From the NCBI GenBank assembly GCA_050013255.1, contig JBEKFP010000003.1, forward strand, positions 192,001-256,000: a stretch of DNA of 64,000 nt, read 5' to 3'. The notes beneath the pieces are model-generated. The model did not search any database. It worked only from the letters and a program-made list of their open reading frames with translations, and was not told the DNA's origin. This document shows positions 49,136 through 57,046 of the stretch, in pieces. The translations under genes were made by a program, and so were the position numbers. This DNA comes from Candidatus Bathyarchaeia archaeon (GTDB taxonomy: Archaea > Thermoproteota > Bathyarchaeia > 40CM-2-53-6). The stretch's first letter is position 1. Every line of letters starts with the position of its first letter.

Positions 49136-49306
49136 CTGAGAAAGCAGGCGTACTAGCGCCAGTTTTCTCGGCACCCAACCTTTTCTTGGCTGTAGCAATT
49201 CTTGGCTAGCAATATTGTAGCCGCCTTCAAGCTGTGGATTTGCCTCAACTGGTTTTGTCCCCAATATTCGCATTGATGAAGCGATAAGGTATCGTTGCAG
49301 AGAGTT

Positions 49307-49401
49307 TGGTGCGGCCGCCGGGATTCGGACCCGGGTCGTTGGCTTGGAAGGCCAATGGACGCGTAAACGCAATGTCCTAGACCAGGCTAGACTACGGCCG
49401 C
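49307..49401 (-). tRNA. tRNA-Gly(TCC) with 17-nt non-canonical intron (49355-49371, position ~27/28), encoded CCA
   Basis: GCGGCCG/CGGCCGC acceptor stem, TTGGC-CTTCCAA-GCCAA anticodon arm after splicing, CCGGG-TCCGAAT-CCCGG T arm; BHB motif GGAC-ATT...GTCC-ATT. Confidence 0.93.
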
Positions 49402-49427
49402 ATGCGCATCAGGAACAGCCGGTCTTC

Positions 49428-49436
49428 GCAAATAAG
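49428..49436 (-). promoter_or_regulatory. TATA-like box of tRNA-Gly (CTTATTTGC)
   Basis: Same 9-mer at the same spacing (26-nt gap) also precedes the tRNA 5' fragment at 54133. Confidence 0.6.
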
Positions 49437-50056
49437 TGTTAGTGGATTCTCATAGTGGTAGTCTCATTGACAGAATGCGCTCCGAGCCGCAGTTTTTCTA
49501 AGGTATGCATCATTGCCAAACTCATTCAGGTTATGGTTAGGAGACTCGGGTTTGGTCGACGTCGCAAGGTTTGTTCAAGACATCGTTCCTACAACCCGCC
49601 TTTACTTGGACGATTCGTACTTGCAATCCCTTGACGCGAATGTTGTGAAGTTTGCTCAGGAAAAGAACAATGCGTACGTGTTGTAATTAGGGCCATAAGT
49701 AGGTCTAATGCTGAGCGACTCATTGCAGATGCGCCTAACTTGGCAAGGCTTCCGAAAGGTGAGAACTTGCGGATTGTGACCATCGCAAGGCAGATTCCGA
49801 TACCCTGCGGAGGAAGGCACGTACGGAACCTCAAAGAAATCGGAGCCATAGAGTTTTCAAGAGCAGAACCTGCAGAGACAGGTTTCAGACTACACTTCCA
49901 AGTCAAGTAAGCGCTAGCCGACGATCTCTCCTAGTCGACGCCATGAAGAACGTTGGATGCAAAATTCGATAGCGCTCAGCCAGCGACCTTGGTTGAAGAG
50001 ATTGTCAACGTGGAAATTCAAAGAGTTGGAAAGAGAGGTCGCCGAAACATGCTTGG

Positions 50057-51151
50057 CTACGAGAGGAGTCTGGCTGGCGTATAAGGTACTAAGTCTGGGT
50101 TGGATTTTCCGGAGAGAATCTCCTCAGCCATCATTTCTCCGATCGCTGGGGCGAACATTGCACCCTTCCCTGAATCTGCAAAAGCCACCCAGAGATTTTC
50201 GTACACGAACCTACCCGTGACAGGCTCAGAGTCGCGCGTTGTCTCAACCAATCCTGCCCATGGCCTCAAGACCTTGACTTCCCGAAGAGTTGGTATGAAG
50301 TGAACGAGCTCTCTTGCAGCGTCCTCTAAGAATTCCAACGTAGATGAGTTATCATTCAGAATTTTCTCTCCTCTTCTCGGAAATTGGCAGAGTATTTCCC
50401 CGCGGAGGCTTTGTGCGATGGAGATGCCTTCGCGGTACGATTGGATCATAGGTTTTAGAAAGAACCTTAGAGGTTCAGTTGCAAGCATCTCATGCTTCAC
50501 AAGTCGGGTGGGCACGTCAAGCCCGATTGTTCGAAGGATTTCCCGAGATCCAGTTCCTGCAGCCACGACATAGACATCGGCCTTGTAGGTATCGCGATCG
50601 GTCTCGGCTGAAGATATTCGGTCCCCTTCGACATGAAGCGCTTTCACGGTTGTGGGCCTGACTACTTTGCCTTGCATCTCTTCGAAGCTGTCCCAAAGAC
50701 CATTCACGACCGAGAACGGATGCACAGAGCCGTCGCCCTTTGAGAGAGTGCCGCCTACGATCGATGAGGTATCCAGGAACGGGTAGCGGTCTTGAATCTC
50801 TTCAGATGAGAGAAGCGTTGTGTCAAGTCCTAGTGAGCGTTGCAGGCCTGAATTCCGATCAAGCTCGGCCAGTTTCTCTTTGTTACTCGCAAGCATGAGA
50901 TATCCGTCACGTCGAAATAGAATGTTGAAGTTGAGGTCAGATGAAAGGCGGTCTGTGATCTCTCGGTTCTTCTTAGCAAGATTGATGTCGTGTTCATTCT
51001 CCCATTGGCTATGCACCGCTCCAAGCGCTCTTACGCTGATTCCACTTCCCGGGTATTGTCTCTCGAGAACAGCAACGTCGGCGCCGCGCTTGGCCAGGTT
51101 GTAGGCAATGCTCAGACCAAGAATTCCCGCGCCGACAACTACGACGTGCAC
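50057..51151 (-). CDS. FAD-dependent oxidoreductase (proline dehydrogenase / sarcosine oxidase beta-like)
   Basis: VVGAGILG, ATEP, R.WAG, G.G.MFAP. Confidence 0.88.
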   Translation of the reverse strand: MHVVVVGAGILGLSIAYNLAKRGADVAVLERQYPGSGISVRALGAVHSQWENEHDINLAKKNREITDRLSSDLNFNILFRRDGYLMLASNKEKLAELDRNSGLQRSLGLDTTLLSSEEIQDRYPFLDTSSIVGGTLSKGDGSVHPFSVVNGLWDSFEEMQGKVVRPTTVKALHVEGDRISSAETDRDTYKADVYVVAAGTGSREILRTIGLDVPTRLVKHEMLATEPLRFFLKPMIQSYREGISIAQSLRGEILCQFPRRGEKILNDNSSTLEFLEDAARELVHFIPTLREVKVLRPWAGLVETTRDSEPVTGRFVYENLWVAFADSGKGAMFAPAIGEMMAEEILSGKSNPDLVPYTPARLLS

Positions 51152-51420
51152 TTCATCTTGTCTCCAGCTAATACACCAAGTCGCACTGGGTCGATTAGTG
51201 GTCTTTGAGTGGTCAGGTGTTGGTCAGACGGCTTCAGTTTCTTCTCTGCCGCGAGCAATCTCAGGACTTGGAGCAGACATGTTTTGCCTTGGCATGGGCC
51301 GGTGGAGAATCCTGTATACCTTTTGAGAACTTCGATGTCGTCGTAGCCTAGGCGTATGGCTTTCAGCACGTCCTCTTCCGTTAGATCTTCGCAGTAGCAG
51401 ACGAATTTCTTTTCCATCAT
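51139..51420 (-). CDS. BFD-like (2Fe-2S) subunit
   Basis: VCYCED, KRYTG..TGPCQG..C; start trimmed to ATG 51420. Confidence 0.85.
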   Translation of the reverse strand: MMEKKFVCYCEDLTEEDVLKAIRLGYDDIEVLKRYTGFSTGPCQGKTCLLQVLRLLAAEKKLKPSDQHLTTQRPLIDPVRLGVLAGDKMKCTS

Positions 51421-51923
51421 GATCCCTCTACCTTGATCGCCCTCGCTTCGAAGAGCCAATCCTCCGGAACCTCTATTGTGACCAAAGCCGTGCCGTCGTT
51501 GCGTTCAGGAGGTAGGACTCGTGCCACTCTGCCTTTGCCAAGAACAGTCCCTTCGCGGTCGACAGTTCTCACTTGTGTTCCGACTTTCGGAATTGGCAGG
51601 AACTCGTACGGTAAGGTAACATACCCGACTCCATTCGTAGCCCTCAGAAGAAAGACTGCTAAACCGGGGCACACCATGACGCAGGCCATGCAACCTGTGC
51701 ATTTGTCATAATCGACTTTCGGTATGTCGTTGACTGTTGCCATCTGTATGGCGCCAAGTTTGCAGGCGATGGCGCATGAATTGCATGGAATCTCCTCAAT
51801 GCATTCTACCATTGCTACAGGCCGTTTATCCCTTAGCCGTTTTGCAGGAGGGACGGACCCCGAAGGCACCAGGTCTTCGAGCCTGATGATCCCGTCGCTA
51901 AGGTACTGTTGCTTTGACTCCAA
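51417..51923 (-). CDS. 4Fe-4S ferredoxin-like subunit
   Basis: ECIEEIPCNSC...C, CTGCMAC...CPG, PYEFLP. Confidence 0.88.
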   Translation of the reverse strand: MESKQQYLSDGIIRLEDLVPSGSVPPAKRLRDKRPVAMVECIEEIPCNSCAIACKLGAIQMATVNDIPKVDYDKCTGCMACVMVCPGLAVFLLRATNGVGYVTLPYEFLPIPKVGTQVRTVDREGTVLGKGRVARVLPPERNDGTALVTIEVPEDWLFEARAIKVEGS

Positions 51924-53508
51924 TCCTCATATCCTCTGGTAACATGACATGCTCCAGTCCCCGGCGGATCTTTTCGCCGAAAGGCCCTGAACGTTCGTCG
52001 TTGAGCTGCTTGATCCAAGTCTCCAGTTTCTCTTCGTCGCTTGGAAGCCCATATCCCAAGGTGAGGGCCGCGTGGAGGCCAACGATCTGCCCTTCGAGCA
52101 TTGCGGTCGTGGCTTCCTCGATTCCAGAAACGTCGCCGGCTACGTAGACTCCGTCGGCGACTTCCATGAATTTCGTTCTACGAGCCACGAATCCACCAAG
52201 CTCTGGCACGAATTGCAGTTGTGCACCTGCTTGGGACGCGTGCTCGTAGGTGGGCGTTAGTCCGACTGCGATGCAGATGAGATCACAGTCGACTTTCCGC
52301 TCGGTCCCCGGAATTGGGCTGAAAGAGTTGTCGATCTTTGCCATGATAGCGCTCTGAACCTTGCCCCGCCCCAATGCCTTGATAACTGTGTGCGAGGTCA
52401 GGATTTCGACACCTTGACGCCGAACCTTGGCGGCGTGAACCAAGTATCCACCTATCCTGGGGAGAGCTTCCACGATGGCCACAACACTCACGCCAGCTTG
52501 GAGCAGCTGGTATGAGAGTATGAGGCCAACGTTCCCCGATCCAACAACAAGTGCCTTTGTGCCTGGCTTGATTCCGTAAGTGTTCATCAGCGTTTGGACA
52601 CCGCCGGCTGCGTAAACTCCCGGAAGGTCATTGTTCTCGAAGACTAGTGTTCTCTCGTAAGCTCCAGTGGCAATGATGATCTTCTTACCGTGAATCTTCA
52701 GTAGGCGATTTTCTTGCGCAGCCGCGACAATGTGTCTATCGTAGATACCGAATACGTCAGAATCGAGAAAGGTTGTAACGTTCCGCAGTTCGCGAATCTG
52801 CTTTGTCAACGTTTCCGCGATCCGGATTCCCCTGACACCTGCGTAGTGTCGTGCGTCGCCGAAGAACCGGTGCGTCTGCTTGACAAGCTGCCCTCCAAGC
52901 ATCCTCTTATCATCAATCAAGACCACATTCGGACACCTCTTCCCAGCTTCGAGAGCGGCGGTTAAGCCGGCGGGGCCTCCTCCGATTATAACAACATCTG
53001 TTTCCATCGAGAGTTTCGAGTTATCCGCTTTGCTAGTCGACTCCTTTGCCGGGAGACTCCCTAATCCCACAAACTTGGTGAGGATCTTGAGGTAAGTTTG
53101 CCTTAGAAAGGCAGGGCGGATCAATTTTCTGTGGTAGAAGCCGGAGGCCAAGGAGAAGTAGAATCCCAACTTGTCCATGACAGACAGCAGGTCGTGGTCG
53201 GCGTTGGGGAAGCCGCTTTGCCGCGTGACGCGCATTCCTTCCTTCACGTTAACCATGCAGGTCCGGACGTTTGGGACATTGTCGACGGTCATCATGCAGG
53301 CCGAACAACGCCCGATGGCGCAGAAGAAACCCCTAGGGCGGTGGTACTTCATGCTGCGACTAAATGTCCGTAATCCGTTTGCGTAGAGTGCGGCCGCAAC
53401 TGTCTCTTTAGCGTAAGCCTCGATTGGTTTGCCTTCGAAATGGAATATGACTCTACTTTCGCGGTCGAACGTAAGCACAGGGTGTTGCGTTATCCTGCCG
53501 CCCTTCAA
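51898..53508 (-). CDS. FAD/NAD-binding oxidoreductase alpha subunit with N-terminal 2Fe-2S domain
   Basis: RG.FCAIG.CS.C, IIGGGPAG, GGQLVKQTH, ATGA.E, AGD..GIEEA. Confidence 0.88.
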   Translation of the reverse strand: MKGGRITQHPVLTFDRESRVIFHFEGKPIEAYAKETVAAALYANGLRTFSRSMKYHRPRGFFCAIGRCSACMMTVDNVPNVRTCMVNVKEGMRVTRQSGFPNADHDLLSVMDKLGFYFSLASGFYHRKLIRPAFLRQTYLKILTKFVGLGSLPAKESTSKADNSKLSMETDVVIIGGGPAGLTAALEAGKRCPNVVLIDDKRMLGGQLVKQTHRFFGDARHYAGVRGIRIAETLTKQIRELRNVTTFLDSDVFGIYDRHIVAAAQENRLLKIHGKKIIIATGAYERTLVFENNDLPGVYAAGGVQTLMNTYGIKPGTKALVVGSGNVGLILSYQLLQAGVSVVAIVEALPRIGGYLVHAAKVRRQGVEILTSHTVIKALGRGKVQSAIMAKIDNSFSPIPGTERKVDCDLICIAVGLTPTYEHASQAGAQLQFVPELGGFVARRTKFMEVADGVYVAGDVSGIEEATTAMLEGQIVGLHAALTLGYGLPSDEEKLETWIKQLNDERSGPFGEKIRRGLEHVMLPEDMRIGVKATVP

Positions 53509-53538
53509 GTTGACATACCCTATTCTGTTTTGGAATCG

Positions 53539-53865
53539 TCACCCGCTTACTGTCAGAAGGTGTTCTCGAATATCCAAGTCATCATACTCGACATCGATGG
53601 CTTTCTTTGGGCAGGCGCCGATGCATTGCCAGCAAAGGTAGCAGTCTGGTACATGGTACCTAATAGCTAGATTGACCGGCCTGTCTGAGGATAGGATGCG
53701 TTCAGAGAAGCTTTTGAGTGCTATACTGTTCTTCACAGAATTGTCTGTGGGCTTGCACCATCGCCCGTTGCTCGACAGTTCAAAGACCGAGCCAGGGCAA
53801 CTGCTTATGCACGCACCATCGCCGTCACACCTGCTGTAGTCTAGAACCAGATAAGGCATTCTCAA
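53539..53865 (-). CDS. Ferredoxin
   Basis: CDGDGAC...CP and CYLCWQC...CP. Confidence 0.8.
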   Translation of the reverse strand: MRMPYLVLDYSRCDGDGACISSCPGSVFELSSNGRWCKPTDNSVKNSIALKSFSERILSSDRPVNLAIRYHVPDCYLCWQCIGACPKKAIDVEYDDLDIREHLLTVSG

Positions 53866-54108
53866 ACGAGCAAATTGAGGTTAAGATTTTCTCTTAAGAT
53901 TATCGGACCGTGTACGTAGCCACGACTTGCCCGCACCTTGCGCCTTGTTGGCCTCTTCTGAACTTAAATCATCAGTCGAAGCGCCCATTAAATCATAATT
54001 TACGGCCCAGAAACCCACGCTCTTGCAAGACTGCATCTTAATTTGAACCCTCAGTAACCTATCACCCACTAGACCACTGTCCCACTAAAACCACACGAAA
54101 AACAAGGA

Positions 54109-54133
54109 CTAAACCAGGCTAGACTACGGCCGC
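54109..54133 (-). other. Isolated 5' fragment of a tRNA-Gly-like gene (25 nt, positions 1-22) with its own promoter
   Basis: GCGGCCGTAGTCTAGCCTGGTTTAG, 24/25 identical to 49377-49401; CTTATTTGC at 54160-54168. Confidence 0.8.
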
Positions 54134-54239
54134 AAGCAGTTCACGAAAATGCCTTCTCTGCAAATAAGGGTTCGCGGCTCGGATTGCGTATCGACTGGTT
54201 ACCAGAATAGCGCTCAGGATCGTCAATGCCGTGTTGAAT

Positions 54240-54490
54240 TACGGATACGGTTTTCAGCATACTCGCTTTCTACCGGTTGGGATCTGGTCGGCTTTAAACC
54301 GCAACCACTAGTCACAGACGAGACAGTGTGGGTCTATCTGTCAAGCATAGCCGGGCACTACCCGATGAACAGTGTCTGGGTCTACAACAACGAAAGCGCG
54401 GATTGGATTAGAATAGACTCATCAGACGTGCTCCGCCCCGGCCAGGCGATTTGGATCCTGGTAACCGCACCCGCCAAGCTGAAACCATGA
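54240..54490 (+). pseudogene. C-terminal fragment of a secreted/surface protein
   Basis: L.TGWDLVGF.P...VWVY....W....LRPG.AIWI motif typical of surface-protein C-termini; no plausible N-terminus. Confidence 0.45.
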
Positions 54491-54620
54491 TCTTAGCGAT
54501 TTCGGCGGCGGCAAGAGAGTTGGTCTGAAGTGTCCTCTATGTGAAGAGATTGTGATTGCCGAGACAAAACATTTTCTAAGAACAAAGGGGATTCACATCC
54601 ACGAAGAATAGTGGTTAAGC

Positions 54621-55394
54621 TTGGACCTTTCGCTCGACCCTCGATGCTTAGACATGTATACCAGCAGTCTGCAACAAGCCCGATGTTTGAGCGAGGGTTG
54701 GGCAGAGAATAACCTCTACTGCCCAAGTTGTCTCCAACCAACGTTGTCACGAGAGAAGGCCAGTACGAAAGTCCTTGATTTTCGTTGCCCTCAATGCTAC
54801 CAAACCTACAACATCAAGGCCAGCATGAAACCTTTCGCCGAGAGGGTTCGCGATGCCGAATACCACACATTCATGCAGGCTGTCGAAGAAAGAACAAATC
54901 CGAATCTTGTTCTGATGCACTATGACAAGCCACGCCTTCGGGTCGTGGATTTGGAGGTTATCCCTCGATTCTTTTTTGTCCCATCATGCATCATTCCAAG
55001 CAAACCGACTAGGCCGAAATCAAGAGGGAAGCCATGGCAGGGCTGTTACATCTCATTGGAATTGGTGCCGTATGATGGCCGTATTCGAATCATTGAAGAT
55101 GAGCGAATCGAAGACCGCCAGATGGTCCACGACAAGTATCTCAGCACTGCCAAGTTATTGCTGCGCAAGACCGTGGAGGGTCGAGGCTGGACGGCTGACG
55201 TTCTACGATGCGTGCGAGCCCTACGTAGGCAAGCCTTCACGTTAGAGGAATTCTGTCAAGCTTATCAGGAAGAATTGCAAAGCCTTCACCCAAAGAACAG
55301 ATTCATAAGAGCCAAGATTCGTCAACAGCTACAGGTGCTACGCGACAATGCCATTATGCGATTCAGAGGGGGCGGCAATTATGAGTTGGTTTAG
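54621..55394 (+). CDS. DpnI/Dam-replacing-family restriction endonuclease
   Basis: SE.W...NLYCPSC, DF.C..C, NPNL, W.GC.I, RGWT.DV, HP.N..I.AKIRQQLQ.LRD. Confidence 0.85.
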   Translation: MDLSLDPRCLDMYTSSLQQARCLSEGWAENNLYCPSCLQPTLSREKASTKVLDFRCPQCYQTYNIKASMKPFAERVRDAEYHTFMQAVEERTNPNLVLMHYDKPRLRVVDLEVIPRFFFVPSCIIPSKPTRPKSRGKPWQGCYISLELVPYDGRIRIIEDERIEDRQMVHDKYLSTAKLLLRKTVEGRGWTADVLRCVRALRRQAFTLEEFCQAYQEELQSLHPKNRFIRAKIRQQLQVLRDNAIMRFRGGGNYELV

Positions 55395-55578
55395 TTTTTG
55401 CTTAGTAGTTGAAGAGGAACTTCGCGGGTAACATCAAGCCTTTTGGCTTCTCCTTAGGGAGGCCTTGTCATTCATCGAGCCCTAAGACAAAGATCCGGAC
55501 CTGTATGGCGCTTTTGAAATTGGATAAATACCTCCGAGCTTTCTCGAAGGTCAGGCTTGCGTGACTGGAGCATTTGCA

Positions 55579-55731
55579 GGGTGTATACACCCAATCATTG
55601 GGTGTTAAACACCTCCCTCCAGGGGGGGCACCACCCGAACATCAGGTGCGTGGTATTGTGAGTGACCATTTGGAAAGCGTGTATAACACTCGAAATTCAG
55701 GTGTTATACACCTTGAGAGGGTGCATTGCAC
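55579..55731. repeat. Cluster of five related palindromes GTG(T/C)-N2-3-(A/G)CAC
   Basis: GGGTGTATACACCC 55579, GGTGTTAAACACC 55601, GTGTATAACAC 55679, AGGTGTTATACACCT 55699, GTGCATTGCAC 55721. Confidence 0.7.
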
Positions 55732-55920
55732 GTTACCTCTTGTGCCCAGCGACCATGTAGATGGTCCCCGTCGACTAACTACATGGTCAGGAGACGTGAC
55801 GGCCGGGTGGCATCCACCCAATCATCGGGTGGATTCCAGCTTGAGGCCCTAGTAGTGCTAGTTTCGTTGGGGAAATCATGCAGGATTCCTTTGAGTGATT
55901 GATGTGAGTCAGCATGTGTA

Positions 55921-57006
55921 TTACGGGAGTGCGCGCATAAGCAGTCTGACCCAGTTGCCGCCGAGGATGTTGTCGATGTCGGTTTGGGAAAAATCGGCGT
56001 CGCCGAGTGCTTCACCAATCTTCCGCAGGTCTGCCGCGGTGTCTAATTCGGCGGGAATGCTTTCGGCTCCAAACCCACCGTCAAAATCAGACCCAATTCC
56101 AACGTGAAGCTTATCGCCGGCTAAGTCGCACACATGGCGAATGTGTTTTACGACGTCTGCCAATGTGACTTTGGATTTTATTGCGCCAGTTTGCTTCCAG
56201 TCTGGCTGCAGGAATTTGTTGTACAGCACTGTCCCAATGACGCCTTCGCGTGCTATGAGGGCAGAAATCATTTCGTCGCTTAGCTGCCTGTCAGTTGGGA
56301 CGATGGTACGGCAATTGGAGTGGCTGGCTATCACGGGTCCATGGAATAGTTCCAGCGCCTCAAAGAAACTAGCCTCAGCCATATGCGACAAGTCTAAAAT
56401 TAGGCCGGTTTTTTCCATCTCTTTCATCAATTCGCGGCCGAGTCCGGTAAGCGGTCCCGGCATTTGTGTGCCGCCCGCGTAGCGGGTTGCGCGCCAAGCT
56501 GGGCCGACGATTCGCACACCAGCTTCAAACCATTCTCGGGCCTGTTTCGGAGTTACAATTGGGTCAGCTCCTTCCATAAGTAGAACCAAGCCAAGAAGTG
56601 AACTGTCCGGGTTCAGTACGCGGTCAATGTCGGTTCTTGAGCGAATCAGTGTGATACGTGGGTCTTTGGCGAGGGCGTTGTAGTATTCGAGTTGCTTTCT
56701 TGCCAAATCATAGGCTTGCTGGGGGGTTTCGTAGCATGGTTTGACCTTGGGTTCGGGCCTGTTGCAGGGCGCGGCCCACAGGGTTGCGAAAACTATTCGT
56801 ACATCTGCTTGGAGGAGTTCGGGTAAACCAACGGTCGCGACTCCCTTGTCGCTGTCGGGCGGGGTTTCGAGCTTCCGTTTCTCGAGAGCTGAAAGCCTGA
56901 AATCACGTCCTTGCATAGCATTATCTGCTATGTCTTCATGTGCGTCAACTATGAACCTGAATGGCTTCTCACGATGAAAATCAGACCCCGCGCCGACCTT
57001 CTTCAT
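55921..57006 (-). CDS. Membrane dipeptidase (peptidase M19)
   Basis: DAHED, MEGAD, DLSH, SHSN, RQL.D, IGSDFDG. Confidence 0.92.
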   Translation of the reverse strand: MKKVGAGSDFHREKPFRFIVDAHEDIADNAMQGRDFRLSALEKRKLETPPDSDKGVATVGLPELLQADVRIVFATLWAAPCNRPEPKVKPCYETPQQAYDLARKQLEYYNALAKDPRITLIRSRTDIDRVLNPDSSLLGLVLLMEGADPIVTPKQAREWFEAGVRIVGPAWRATRYAGGTQMPGPLTGLGRELMKEMEKTGLILDLSHMAEASFFEALELFHGPVIASHSNCRTIVPTDRQLSDEMISALIAREGVIGTVLYNKFLQPDWKQTGAIKSKVTLADVVKHIRHVCDLAGDKLHVGIGSDFDGGFGAESIPAELDTAADLRKIGEALGDADFSQTDIDNILGGNWVRLLMRALP

Positions 57007-57046
57007 TGTCCCTGTACCTTAGAGTTTAATGACAATTTATGTCCCA

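Noticed and set aside
29454-49313. Canonical CRISPR array or CRISPR-Cas locus around cas1
   Set aside because: No 24-47-bp repeats with uniform short spacers and no cas2/cas4/effector genes; the repeated unit is 14 bp and spacing ranges from ~30 bp to 9 kb.
49589-49906. 105-aa ORF upstream of tRNA-Gly as a possible integrase remnant
   Set aside because: No recombinase motifs recognisable.
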